Below are positions 1 to 12,164 of a stretch of DNA of 64,000 bases, one piece after another. The stretch is from Felis catus (lineage: Eukaryota): positions 171,742,001-171,806,000 of the forward strand of contig NC_058368.1 of the NCBI RefSeq assembly GCF_018350175.1, written 5' to 3'. The translations under genes and the position numbers were made by a program. Every line of letters starts with the position of its first letter. Positions within the stretch are counted from its first letter, which is position 1. The notes beneath the pieces are model-generated. The model ran no database searches. It was not told where the DNA came from and was given only the letters and a program-made list of their open reading frames with translations.

Positions 1-15
1 ATTTCCTGATTTTTA

Positions 16-245
16 CTTATTTGTTTGTTTGTTTGCTTATTTAATGTTTATTTACTTTTGGGGGTGGGGGGACATAGCATGCATGGGGGAGGAACAGAGA
101 GAGAGGGAGACACAAAATCCAAAGTAGGCTCCAGGCTCTGAGCTGTCAGCACAGAGACCAATGTAGGGCTTGAACTCACAAACCATGAGATCATGACCTG
201 AGCTGAAATTGGACACCCAACCAACTGAGCCATCCAGGCACCCCC
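16..245 (-). mobile_element. CanSINE (SINEC), tRNA-derived
   Basis: Reverse complement of GGGGTGCCTGGATGGCTCAG head, CT-rich body, T-rich tail; direct repeat ATTTCCTGATTTTTA at 1-15 and 248-262. Confidence 0.95.
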
Positions 246-1438
246 AAATTTCCTGATTTTTAAATGAAAGCAATTGATTTAAATTTTCTGTAGTTTAACA
301 TGAAAGCCCAACAAATCATGTCAATGGCTTAAATCTAACCTGTGAATCACCATCACCAATTTGTAAACTCTGACTTCGGTAGTAGTCTGGAGTTGTTTGG
401 TTTCTTTCAAAAATAGATTGTTTCAGGAAACTGGCTTATCTCTTGTTTGTTTTCCTCCTGTATAAAATGCCATTTAATGTTCTAGAGCCTACACAGGGCT
501 CTGGGTATTTCCATGGTGAATGAGCAGTAGGACCCAGAAACTGTCAAGCTTCTGCAGGGTTGTAAACTGATTGCCATTAACTGAGCATTCTAGGGCTAGT
601 CATAAAGAATACAGTCTTGGGCAGGGTAGCAGCATTTCCTGAGAGGGCCATGAAGGCCAAGAACTGAAATGGCGTTAATAAAAAAAGTAATCAAATTGGT
701 GGCAGACAGCAGTCTTCAAATCTTAGAGTTGTGGTCAATTGGATTATAAACTCTAAAATAGTCACGAAGGCAAAATTTAGGATATGCCTAATGTGATATT
801 TGGGTATAAGCAAAGGACAAGACATAAAAAACATTCCTTTCTACATATAAACAATGGGAAAGCAGACAAATAGGGAGATTGAGTCCCTTCCAACTTTAGA
901 ACTAGTATTCAAGATTAAGCTGTAACGAAGGGATAATCCATAATAGCCCAATGGAGTCTTATTTTCCACTTAAATCATTTGTCACACTATTCAATTAATA
1001 TCATATAGCTAGTACAGTTACCTGGCAAATGAACTCTTTTGACCCATTTGCTCAATTAAGGTATCATGACAAATATTTTCTCCTTATACATAATAATATC
1101 CACCATGTGATTTACCAGCACTTGCTATTAAAAAGTTGGCTAAAAACCAAGAAATAAATGAACATTAACCAACAAGGGTCCTCAGAGCATTCAAAATCAT
1201 CTTCACAAGCCCAGGCAATAAGGATCACAAGGCTGATTACAGGAACATCTCTCCCTCCACACAGCATATGTGGATCCTACTGGGCACACAATACTGAGAA
1301 AATGGACTCTCTGGTTCTTAATTTAAAAGAGTTGATGTCTCTGGCACTTTAAAGCAGCAAATAAACACAACACAGCACTTGATAGGCACTACATGATTTT
1401 ATTAAGGGATAAATGTGAGTAGTAGTAAGAAAGCATAC

Positions 1439-1669
1439 GGGGCGCCTGGGTGGCGCAGTCGGTTAAGCGTCCGACTTCAGCCAGGTCATGATCTCGCGGT
1501 CCGTGAGTTCGAGCCCCGCGTCGGGCTCTGGGCTGCTGGCTCCGAGCCTGGAACCTGTTTCCGATTCTGTGTCTCCCTCTCTCTCTGCCCCTCCCCCGTT
1601 CATGCTCTGTCTCTCTCTGTCCCAAAAGTAAAATAAAAAACGTTGAAAAAAAAAATTAAAAAAAAAAAA
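1439..1669 (+). mobile_element. Young felid CanSINE (SINEC_Fc-like)
   Basis: GGGGCGCCTGGGTGGCGCAGTCGGTTAAGCGTCCGAC head, CpGs largely intact, A tail; TSD AAGAAAGCATA 1427-1437/1670-1680. Confidence 0.97.
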
Positions 1670-1771
1670 AAGAAAGCATAGCTAAAATTATTAGCCAATT
1701 GCCTAACAGGGAGAGAGAAGAGAGAAGGCAGATACCCTGAAAAGTTGACACAAGACTTAAAATAACATCTT

Positions 1772-2000
1772 GGGGTACTTGGGGGACTCAATAGGTTGAC
1801 TCTTGATTTTGGCTTGGGTCATGATCCCAGGGTCGTGGGATTGAGCCCCACATCAGGCTCCATGCTGAGTGTGGAACCTGCTTGGGATTCTCTCTCTGTC
1901 TCACTCTGTCTCTCTCTCTCTCTCTCTGCCCTCCTCCCTTGCTTACACTCTCAATCTCTCTCAAACAAAATTTTTAAAAATTAAAAAAATGATAAAATAA
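1772..2000 (+). mobile_element. CanSINE, older subfamily
   Basis: Diverged head, (CT)n body, A-rich tail; TSD TAAAATAACATCT 1758-1770/2001-2013. Confidence 0.93.
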
Positions 2001-2109
2001 TAAAATAACATCTGGGTCTAAAAATATTAGGGGTAGGAGTAAAGCTCCTGAGACCATCACTGTATACTGCACAGTGCAAAGCAGCTGCTCTTTATTGGTT
2101 GAGAGGGCC

Positions 2110-2300
2110 CACCTGGGTTCCACTGTAACCAACTGGCTGGGTGCAATTGGACAAGTAGCTTAACCTCTCTTAACTCTGGTTTCCTCACCTATAAAATCTA
2201 TCTGCCACATAGGGGAGTGTGGATTCAATGAGTTAACACTTGTCAAAAAAAAGAAAGAAAAAAAACTTAGAAGAGTGTCAAGTACATAGAAAATAATAAA
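2110..2300 (+). mobile_element. MIR
   Basis: Core-like GGACAAGTAGCTTAACCTCTCT...GTTTCCTCACCTATAAAAT. Confidence 0.75.
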
Positions 2301-2494
2301 GTTATCTGTGGATAAGGATACTATGTTATCATACAAGAGTAGATTATGTTCAGGATAACCTAATTAATAAGGCAGGAATTAAGTAACAAACATATCAAAG
2401 ACCTTCCAGAATTATTAAAGCAAAAAGTTTTGGTTTGTAGAGAGATAATTTTTTAGCTAGCTGGAAAAGTCACGTGAAATACTTCATTGATGAG

Positions 2495-2985
2495 CATGGC
2501 AGCATAGCTCAGCACAGCGTTCTAGAGAGCTCTGGAAGCAACGCTTGACTAGAATCTCAGCTCTCTCGCTATTAGTTGTGCATCACTGGCAAGTCACTTG
2601 ATCATGCTTCATACTTTTCATCTATAAAATTAAGATAATTAGAACTACATTATGATTTTTGTGGGCCCTATAAACATTTGCCTTCATGGGCCTCTTCTTC
2701 CATAACATAATAAAACAAATTATATTTTCAGAGCTGCACTGGTCTAAGGACATATAATCCAGGCTGGATTCCTTATTATATATTCAATATTATTAAATTT
2801 TTGTCTCCTGACTTTGAAAGAAATTAAAGCATTTTTTTTCATGGACCCTAGCCAGGCACTGTGCCCACTGGATAAGCCAGCCCTTATTGTCAAGAGTACT
2901 AAATTCACCAGTGTTGGTAAAGCACTTGGAACAATGTCTAACACTATAGTAGGCACTATTTGAGTGTTTGTTAAGTAAATAAAAA
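2495..2985 (+). mobile_element. MIR split by a DNA transposon
   Basis: MIR core GGCAAGTCACTT...CATCTATAAAAT up to ~2648; 3' part GTAAAGCACTTGGAACAATGTCT resumes ~2890. Confidence 0.7.
2650..2884 (-). mobile_element. hAT-Tip100-type non-autonomous DNA transposon (ORSL-like)
   Basis: Minus strand starts AGGGCTGGCTTATCCAGTGGGCACAGTGCCT and ends GGGCCCACAAAAATCATAATG; resembles recalled consensus. Confidence 0.55.
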
Positions 2986-3409
2986 TGTACAGTGTCAGAC
3001 AAGGCAAGTGTTACTTTCTTCTAGACTTCCTTCTGTTCCCCCTGTCACTCCGATAAGTAAATTATGCTTCAAAATATAGTGAAAAACCATACCACTAGCC
3101 TGTAGTTAGCATTAGCAACTGAAACCATGAAGGCTTCAGAATAAATTAAGAGTACAAATTGTGTGTAAATTCCATTTTGTTAAAAATAAGTGGAGGTGGT
3201 AAGTATTGTTTGCACCTCTTTCCCAAACCCAGTACAACATCAGAGGCGCTGAGCAAGGTGCTACTCAAGGTATCCCAAATGGGGAGAATTTGCTTTCTGG
3301 TTTCCAGTCTCCTTTATCAGGAGCAACAGTTCATATCAATGTCTCTCTTATATATGGCTAAAGATGCCAAACTTAAGAAACTATAAAGGGCTTTTCTCCC
3401 CCACAGGTT

Positions 3410-3412
<3 letters not shown>

Positions 3413-3452
<40 letters not shown>
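3413..3452. repeat. (AC)20 microsatellite
   Basis: Perfect dinucleotide run. Confidence 0.98.
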
Positions 3453-3454
<2 letters not shown>

Positions 3455-3491
3455 TATATAATAGTCTTCTTTTCAAGAATTACTCACATTA

Positions 3492-3684
3492 GTGGTACCT
3501 GGGTGGCTCAGTTGGTTGAACATCCAACTTCAGCTCAGGTCATGATCTCACGGTTCGTGGGTTTGAGCCCCACGTCAGGCTCTGTGCTGTCAGCATGGAT
3601 CCCACTGGGGATTCTCTGCCCCCCCACCCCACCTGCCTATCCCCCACTTGTGTTCTCTCTCAAAAATAAATAAACATTAAAAAA
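3492..3684 (+). mobile_element. CanSINE
   Basis: CCTGGGTGGCTCAGTTGG head, A tail; flanks AAGAATTAC(TCAC)ATTA / AAGAATTACATTA. Confidence 0.93.
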
Positions 3685-4157
3685 AAGAATTACATTAAAT
3701 GCCTAACAGACAACTGAATTTTTATTATGGTAATTCACTCCATTATACAAGAGGGCTAAAAGAACATTTGAGCCCTCTGTAAACTCTTTCAGGATCAGAA
3801 AAATATATGACTGTCTGTATTTCCCCTCTGAAGGACTAACATGGACTTAGAACATAGTCAACACTGTTTGGTCTCACTTTTGGCCATTTGAGTCAGATGG
3901 ACTCTCACCCACACAGAAAACAAGATTAAAACACCAACCACTGTTTAAATTTATATTCAGAATACCCTAGCCATGCTTTCTTCTTGATTTCAACTTTGTT
4001 CAGTTTCTCTTATCTCCCCTGCTTCAAACTCCTGATTCCACTGCCCAACTCTGGCCTCCATACTCAACCCATGAATTTGGGGTTCACCCTTACTACCTCC
4101 TGTGTCCTAATGTCAGCCTAGCTCACTCCTTGGGCAGTCATTATCTACCCCTCTCAC

Positions 4158-4704
4158 CAGTGTTGGCTACAAAATTTGTGGGACCTAGTGCAAAATGAAA
4201 ATGTGGGGCCTGTCATCTAAAAAACAAAAGAAAAATCTATTTCTTTATTTTGTGGTCTCTCTTGACTTGTCATGGTGTTTTTCTCTGTGCTGTTTGATGT
4301 TGTACTCCCTTGTGCTCCAGGATACATGAGGAACAAATGAGGCCCAGTCCCACAACTCAACAAGTGGCACATGTGCAGCATGAACATACCTCACCCCGAA
4401 CCTTCCTGCTTCACACCCAGGCCCCAACCAGGGCCTAGGTGCCAATGGTTGCTGGGGTCCCTGGCAGCTGAGAACCAGGGAGCAGGAGATGGTGAAAAAC
4501 AGAATTGCTTATGAGCCAAGGCCCCAAGTCCCTGGTCATGCTTCATGGTCCCATTTAACTTCACTTATAGAACATAAATTTAAAGATAAAATTAGTAAAA
4601 ATTTCAAGATAGCAATCGCAAAACATTAAGCTTCAAGCACAGGATCCTCCTGAGCAGCGGGCCCTGTGCAACAGCACTCGTGCGCTCATGGTGCATGAGC
4701 CCTG
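4158..4704 (-). mobile_element. MER45-family hAT-Tip100 DNA transposon
   Basis: Ends CAGTGTTGGCTACAAAATTTGTGGGACCTAGTGCAAAATGAAAATG and GGGCCCTGTGCAAC...CATGAGCCCTG match recalled MER45 termini. Confidence 0.75.
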
Positions 4705-5461
4705 CCTTCTAACGTTTGAATGGGGAAAAATGCAATCCCCATTTGGGCCTCTCAGCCAACACCCTGGTCCTCTGTGAGGGAATCTGATCCAGACACTGTC
4801 CTTCACAAACAATGTAAACTCATGACCAGAATCCAGAACTCAGTCCAGTTATTCCTTGGGTTTCTTGCTATATTTTGTGTGTCTGACTTCCCTGGAAATG
4901 TACTCAACATGAACAAGTACCTCAGGACCGGAAATGAACAAGCCTTACTTTTCTCATGCTAGTCTCTGCTTCCCTTTCCAGAACATTTCCAAGTGCCTGA
5001 GCTCCTAAGAGGAGTGCTGGACCAGATCCCAATACATGCACAAAACTAACAGGACATCCTTCATCCAAGACGTTCTCTTTATATCTTTTTTCCCTCCTTA
5101 ACTTTCTCTAGCTCCATCCTCTAACTCATATTTCAAGTTAGTCTGTGTACAGTACAGGAAGTCCCTGATTATTCTTACAAGAGGCATTCAGATCCAGCCG
5201 TAACAAGAGAAAGAATCAAACAAAAGCCACTGTAATACCCTTCAGAGTAATCTGAGAAAGCTATATGCATTTGATAGTAACCAGCCATGTGCTTCTGGCT
5301 ATAAGCTCCTAGATTGAATTTCTGTGCTACCAGTAAATATTAGAGAGATCTTCTACCAGTTCTCTGGAGAAATAAAAACAAGATGTACTCAAATAGGCCA
5401 TTTTTATTTCAGATGAATTGATAGTTGCTTTATCTTGAACACTTAAAAAATTTGTTAGGTC

Positions 5462-5689
5462 GGGGCACCTGAGTGGCTCAGTTGGTCAAGCATCTGACCC
5501 TTGATTTCGGCTCAGGTCATGATCTCTTAGTTCATGAGTTCAAGCCCCGCGTCAGGCCCTGAACTGATAGCACAGAGCCTGCTTCGGATTCTCTCTCTCC
5601 GTCTTTCTCTGTCTCTCCCCAGTTCATGCATGCTCGCTCTCTCTCTCTCTCTCTCAATATAAATAAATACAACATTAAAAAAAAAAAAG
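5462..5689 (+). mobile_element. CanSINE
   Basis: Canonical head/body/tail; TSD AAAAATTTGTTAGG 5446-5459/5690-5703. Confidence 0.95.
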
Positions 5690-6105
5690 AAAAATTTGTT
5701 AGGCTCAAAAGAGTTTGAATTTAAATATGAAAATTATGGTCTTTAATTTAGTCCTTGCCTTATCCTTTTATCCATCACATTGTATGAAATCATATCACTT
5801 AATCATTTTGTATCACAGTTTAAAAATGAAAAAAACCTTGAAACCATCTCACGTACTCAGTTCATTTCACAGAGGAGGAAACTGAGACCCAGAGAAATTA
5901 ATCCCAGAGTCACACACAGTACATTAGGTACTGTTGAGAGCACAGCAGGACCTGGCTTGTGACTTGCTGCTGGCCCTGGCCTGATTTTATAGCATAATAA
6001 CTCAAAGAATCCAAAGAAATAAAAGTAATGTTTTTTGGATATATTTACAATTTTTTTCTGATCAAATGACAAATTAGCCTCGAATTTAAAAAATTAAACT
6101 GTTTT

Positions 6106-6312
6106 GGGGCGCCTGGGTGGCGCAGTCGGTTAAGCGTCTGACTTCAGCCAGGTCACGATCTCGCGGTCCGTGAGTTCGAGCCCCACGTCGGCCTCTGGGC
6201 TGATGGCTCGGAGCCTGGAGCCTGTTTCCGATTCTGTGTCTCCCTCTCTCTCTGCCCCTCCCCCGTTCATGCTCTGTCTCTCTCTGTCCCAAAAATAAAT
6301 AAACGTTGAAAA
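6106..6312 (+). mobile_element. Young felid CanSINE (SINEC_Fc-like)
   Basis: Same diagnostic head as the 1439 copy; direct repeat AAAAAATTAAACTGTTTT 6088-6105/6313-6330. Confidence 0.97.
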
Positions 6313-7338
6313 AAAAAATTAAACTGTTTTAAAGAAAATTAAAAGGCCAACTACAAACTGGGAAACTTATTCAAATTCTGCAACACATAAACTCTATTGT
6401 TCTTATTAGATTAGAAAGCATTTACATAGTTACATAATTACAAATTAATTGTCATTAATATTTGAGGTTATTTAGAATCTTGCTTTTTGTTCCTTTCCAG
6501 GATACCATGTAATGATTATTTGGGGCCAATGAAGCCATTCCTTTTGATAATAATGTACTTGGAATTACTTTCATTAAGCATGACTTTAGCAGAAATGAGC
6601 AATATAAGAATTTAATTCATGCCAAGTATACTACATTCAATGCTACAGAAGGGGTTGAACAATGGCCATAGAGCCAGGCATAGTGGACGTAAAACATTGC
6701 CTGGGGTTCAGACACATGAGGCTGGCCTCATCCTGACCCAGTGCCTGTGCACAAAGAAAAAAGTAACTCCTTATCTAGGCCCATGATACCTACTCTGGCT
6801 GAACAGCCATGGAGAATTATGCCAATTAGGATGGAGCTGTCATAAAGTCTGAAGGGGTCTAGAAAGCCATTGCCCAGGCTGTTTAACAGGAATAACTCTC
6901 TCAGTGGCTTGGAAGTCTCCCAGGTCCCTGCAGAGGAAGCTGGTCCTGGTCAGAGAAGGCTTTGAGAGCAGTGATGAGAGGCTCAGGAGGAGGGAATTCA
7001 TGAAAGGACCATTTCTAGAAAAAGAAAGAAAAGCAAGGGGCACAAAGTACATCCAGATAGAACTAGAGATTGAGACTATCCCATGGATGTTTGGCTAAGC
7101 TGGCCTCTTTCATTTGAGTGAGATCACAGTAAACATAGTAAATGCCCCCCAACTTGGAGGAATGCCTGATCTGGCACTGGCACTGATGCCTTTTGTACCA
7201 GTTGGTATAGAAGACACTACACACCAGATGCCTGTCTGTCTTACCATGTTTCCCATCATCCAGAGGCAGCTGGCCCAACAGAATCATGGATGCTCACTGA
7301 AAACTAGGTCATGGTGCCAGTTAAGAGACAACATCCCA

Positions 7339-7528
7339 GGTGCACCTGGGTGGCTCAGTCAGTTAGGCGTCTGACTCTTGATTTCAGCTCAGATCATGAT
7401 CTCATAGTTCATGGGATTGAGCCCTGTGTCAGGCCCTGTGCTGACAGCACTGAACCTGCTTGAGATTCTCTCTCTCCCCCTCTGTCTGCCCCTCCCCCAT
7501 GCTCTCTCTCAAAATAAATAATTCAACA
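7339..7528 (+). mobile_element. CanSINE
   Basis: CCTGGGTGGCTCAGTCAGTTAGGCGTCTGACTC head, CT body, short tail; no clear TSD. Confidence 0.92.
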
Positions 7529-7904
7529 TTTTTTTATTTGGATTTGACCTGTGGGTTGGAGTTTATCAACTCCTGATGTAAACTAATTTTGTATTTCTTC
7601 TTCTCCTTCCTCTTACTAATTTTACATAAGAAAATTTAGTCTTTCATTAACGGTATGTTCTGGTGAGATTTCAAATTTGAGAGTAACTAAGACAGCTCAA
7701 AGATGGATGATGTTACTGTCTCCCAGAGATAGATACAAGGACTGCTGGAACTTGAGGGGACTGTTGGGAATTGAGATACAATGTGATTGAGAACATCTTC
7801 CTTTCCGTGTATGGAAACCCTAGGGAAGCTCTTGTGTGGAACAAAGATGCTGAGTAGCCAAAGGAGTGGCCAGTTAGAAAGTTATTGTTTTCCAGCCTTT
7901 CATA

Positions 7905-8522
7905 TCCTTTGTGATTGCAGGGCTGGGACTCCACAGACCTCAGTTCTCCCTTATTGGCTGGGGTTCGTCAATAGGCGGCACTAGAGACTGGAGGGAAAGA
8001 GGCACGCTCCCTGCTCCCTCGGGGTACCTCCTGTTTCTTTCTGTCTTACTATTCCTGTCAGCACCATCCTAGCAAAGGATTTGCACTCCAGGGCCAGCAG
8101 CAGATTGCTCCAGCAGTGTAGTTGATTCTGGTTTGCATTTCTTCCAACACTGCAGCACCATCACATCCCCTAGTGACAGACCCCAGCACCAGCAAATCCG
8201 CATCCTTCCTCAGAGGAAGGTCTGGGCCTCGCCCCACAGGTGAGCCTTCAAGCTCCTGAGGCAACAGGACAGCTGAGCAGTGACCATTCTGAGAGGTCTG
8301 AATTTCAACTCTGCAGGATCCCTCCTCAGACTTCTCAACCTTAACAGTCCCCAAATCTTCCATTCATTCCCCCAGTTCTAGGGTGGTAGCCCCTTGCTAA
8401 AACTGCTACTTTCTTAGTGTTTCCTTTTTTGCCTTTTTCATTTCTTCAGTATTTGGTTGACTATTCTTTATGTGAAGTTCTCTGTTAAAATAACTGGGTG
8501 ATTTCTGTCTCCTAACTGATGT
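7905..8522 (+). mobile_element. ERVL-class solo LTR (LTR41-like)
   Basis: CTCAGAGG..TCTGGG repeats, CTAGGGTGGTAGC, and 3' end AATAACTGGGTGATTTCTGTCTCCTAACTGA. Confidence 0.65.
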
Positions 8523-8544
8523 AATCAATCCAACCCCTCCACCA

Positions 8545-8678
8545 TAAGGTTATATCCATTTTCTGGATGAGAAAATTGAGACCTAGAATAGGTAAATAAC
8601 TGGACCAAAGCCATACAACTCGTATGAGACAGGAATAGGACTTAAACCTAGGTCTTTCTGGTTGTAAAGCCCTTCTTC
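8545..8678 (-). mobile_element. MIR
   Basis: CCATTTTCTGGATGAGAAAATTGAGAC...AAACCTAGGTCT antisense core. Confidence 0.7.
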
Positions 8679-8681
8679 TTC

Positions 8682-8878
8682 TTTTTTTTTTTTAAATGTT
8701 TATATATTTATTTTGAGAGAGAGGCACAAAGAGAGAGAGAGAGACAGAGAATCCCAACCAGGCTCCATGCTGCCAGCGCAGAGCCCAGCAGGGGCTTGAA
8801 TTCACGAAACTGTGACATCATGACCTGAGCCAAAACCAAGAGTTGGATGCTTAACTGACTGAGCCATCCAGGCGCCTC
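8682..8878 (-). mobile_element. CanSINE
   Basis: T tail, (GA)n body, ACTGAGCCATCCAGGCGCC head. Confidence 0.93.
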
Positions 8879-9112
8879 AAGCACTTCCTCATTTAAACAC
8901 TCCTGAGCTCTGCAAGGTGAAGGCAGATCTAGTCAATAGCTTGCTGGCCTCTTTTAGCAAGGAGACAGGTATTCAAATGAGACTGGGTTCAACCAAGGTA
9001 GGCCATGGAAATAAATACAAGAGTGAGCATACCTGGCAGCCTTAAGAGACTTTATAACACTGATGTGAGCTTCTATAATAATCTCCAGGAAAAAAAGGCA
9101 GGGGAGGGGGGT

Positions 9113-9152
9113 GAATAGAATAGAATAGAATAGAATAGAATAGAATAGAATA
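9113..9152. repeat. (GAATA)8 pentanucleotide microsatellite
   Basis: Perfect run. Confidence 0.97.
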
Positions 9153-9753
9153 GGAGGGGGGAGTTAATGGCTTTTCCCTTTTGTGAAATAGATATATAAA
9201 TATTTAGTTTTCACATTAATCTCCAGCAAATATCTAGGATGTCTTGTGTAAACTTTTAACAAAACTGCCTGATCCCCAAGAACAAGCATGCGAAACCAAC
9301 TAAGCTCATTTACATTCACAAAGTGCTATATGATATGTTCGTGGGTAAACGGTGAAATGAGGAACGGATGCAGATCCCAATTTGGGGTAATAAACATACT
9401 TGTTTGAAATAAAGCAAGGTTAGAAGCAGCGTTGGTGTTTGGGCTGGACCCAGCAGGCAGTTTCCAAGAGGAAGAGCCAAGAGCCCTTCATCACTCTGCC
9501 AACCTGGGCTTCTCCTGTGCCTCCAGGGAAAATGAATCCAGGAAAGAGTAATGCCAATAAGGATGGGCTGTCAAAATCACCCTGAGGATCACATGAGGAA
9601 GGCGAGGCAGACCTGGGTGTTATTACTTGAGAGATTAGATAAATCTATCAGACCTTGCAGTCAAGTGTTACTTTCTAAGGGAGGAACTCCAGGGGTCCCT
9701 TTGCATCGCTGTTTCCAAGTCTGCCCAAAGGATGGTGATTAAGATGGTGACCG

Positions 9754-10272
9754 TGTGGTCCTTTGTTGGTTGTGTCACCAGCATCGACATCTCCTCCTTC
9801 TGGCAGTTCCTTGATCTTTGTTTGCAGGAACCCCCATTACTTCACTGGCTACATTCTGTGTGAACATCGAGAAGTTCTACCACCACCCCCAGCATGGGTG
9901 GACATGAGACCCAAGCCAAGCCGATCAGGTTCTCTCTCCTCAAAATTTCAGTCTTGATCAGAGGGACAACCGAAAACAATTATTGCTGAAACAATAGAAG
10001 GACCTTGAAAACACAGGTCATTAGTCCTACTATTTAGATGCCCAAAGCTGCCACTGTTCTGCTCTCTCCAAGCCTGATCCTTCCACTGTCCCCTCAATTT
10101 TCTGAGCTACCCTATTTCCCTCAAATAGATCCTTTTTTGTTTGGGGTGTGTGTGTGTGCGCGCGCGCGCGTGCATGCGTGTATGTGTTTGTGTTTTTGTT
10201 TTTGTTTTTTTTTACCAGAGCCTTTGTTCATTATTTTGCTTGTTTGCAGCCAAGGAATCCTCACTGACTCCA
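9754..10272 (+). mobile_element. Old ERVL-class solo LTR (LTR16-like)
   Basis: CATGAGACCCAAGCCAAGCCGATCAG and terminal TTTGCAGCCAAGGAATCCTCACTGACT motifs. Confidence 0.55.
10146..10187. repeat. Alternating purine-pyrimidine tract (GT)n(CG)6
   Basis: 42 uninterrupted alternating R/Y bases including (CG)6 at 10159-10170. Confidence 0.95.
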
Positions 10273-10623
10273 CAAACTGTATTGGTAAGGGAAAATCTAA
10301 GATTTCCTATAACTTTAGAGGACTCTCAGATAGGAAAAAATCACTGTCTTGTTTTATAATGCTTCTAGTTGCAGATATCCAGAGGGAAGTCACAGGGAAG
10401 CAGACTGTAGCTTCTGTATATTCAGGGACCAAGTTAATTTTGTCCACCACTAGATCTGAAGTGTTCAGCACAGTGCTTGGCACAGCATAGCTGCTAAATT
10501 AATATCAGATGCATAAATAAATAGAAATAGAGAAATCATTTTCCAGTGATTTGTTCAATACTGGAATTGCTACATCGTGAAACAGTGATCTCCTTGTCAC
10601 TGCAGAGATTTAAATAGAACGTA

Positions 10624-10748
10624 GGGATGCTTGAGTGGCTCAGTGACTCTTGATCTCAGTTCAGGTCTTGATCTCAGGGTCATGAGCTCAAGCCCCCCAT
10701 TGGGCTCCATGCTGGGCATGAAGCCTACTTAGAAAAAAAATGAGTGAA
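10624..10748 (+). mobile_element. Short CanSINE lacking the (CT)n region
   Basis: tRNA-like head then A tail; TSD TAAATAGAAC(G/C)TAG 10611-10624/10749-10762. Confidence 0.85.
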
Positions 10749-10873
10749 TAAATAGAACCTAGATCTCTTAAGATGAAAAAAATCCTGCATTGAGCAGGTG
10801 GTTTCCAAAATACATTGTAATTCATCTTTGTTATTCCACAATTGTTTCTTACTTGCTCTTAGAAAATATATTT

Positions 10874-11120
10874 ATTTATTTATTTATTTATTTATTTACT
10901 TACTTACTTACTTATTTACTTATTTATTTACAATTTCTTTTTTAATGTTTATTTATGTATTTTGAGGGGGCAAAGAGAGAGAGGGAGAGAGAATCCCAAG
11001 CAGACTCTGTGCTGTCATCACAGAGCCCAACACAGGGCTTGAAACCATAAACCATGAGATCATGACCTGAACCAAAATCAAGAGTCAGATGTTTAACCGA
11101 CTGAACCACCCAGGTGCCCC
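10874..11120 (-). mobile_element. CanSINE with (TTTA)n/(TTAC)n tail
   Basis: TSD TAGAAAATATATTT 10860-10873/11121-11134. Confidence 0.95.
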
Positions 11121-12164
11121 TAGAAAATATATTTTAAAATAAAAATATGCATTAAATATGCATTAAAATAAAAATAAAATATATTTTAAAATAAAAATAA
11201 AAATAGTATGTAGAACAAAGACTAGATAAGTAGAACAAATAATTTTTCTATGTTAAAAAGGCATTTCCTTATAAGCCCACAAAAAGCCAGCCAAAGCCAT
11301 AGTAGGAGATGGAAACCATTGCTGGTCTTATTTGCGATGACCTACACTTGATCTATTTTTAGTCTCAAGAAAAGTGAAGTAATAAGAAAATGGATAGTTT
11401 GGTTGCCATGGTTATTCCCATCCACTGGCTCATCTCACCACCCATTTTCCATCATTTCTAGTAACCCAGTTTCCCAGCATGATATCTTAGGAGCCTAACT
11501 AAGGCTCTTTATTAAATGGGTTCCCTTGGTACCACCCTCCTCTGGCCACTTTTCACAGTTTCCCTTTGTCTTGCCAGTCTTCAGCATGGCTGGGGAGTGG
11601 AAAATCACCAGCCTAAGACCACCAAGATTTTTTAGTGTGGGTAAGTCTCATGCTTGGTCACAACCACTTAAGGGTCTGAAGGGTCCATGTGTTCCTGAAC
11701 ATTAAAGATACATCCTTCCCCATTAGCAGGGCAAAAAGCAATTGAGATTATGGGTTGCCATTTTCTTTAACATGGATTTCACTGACTGTATAAGTAGCAC
11801 ATCTTGGCAGTAAAGGCAGGTGGAATTGAAGGCAACACAGTCTGGAGAATATGCTTGCTACCTTGTGAAACTGAGTTAGACATCTGTCTTGGTTGCTTTG
11901 GATTTCTTTAGTAGTTAACAAAGACAGTACCTCTGCTTTTGGCCAAAACCCACGAAAATGGAAAGAACCAATTTGGGGCCTCTTAAGAGATACTTTGTGG
12001 GGAACTGTGCTCCCTTGAGAAATTCTGGTCTTTGTTACAGCAGGGTATGGAAATTTGACTTTGTACTGACTCGGACACTTTTTTTTAAGGCATTGCTGGT
12101 GCCACACATCTACACATCTCAACACTAGGTGGCAACCTTGCCTTTCGTGTCACCAACATGAGCT

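Noticed and set aside
1439..1520. tRNA-like A/B boxes at SINE heads
   Set aside because: They continue into CT-rich bodies and A tails with TSDs, so they are SINEs and not tRNA genes
1389..1636. Recurrent ORFs such as MGQRETEHERGRGRERGRHRIGNR and MAQSVE..TSAQV (also at 6086, 20116, 27175, 50418, 54720)
   Set aside because: Translations of CanSINE copies, not a gene family
10038..10490. 150-aa ORF
   Set aside because: Runs through an LTR and a dinucleotide repeat; low complexity
11124..11205. AT-rich duplicated motifs
   Set aside because: Low-complexity slippage next to a SINE TSD
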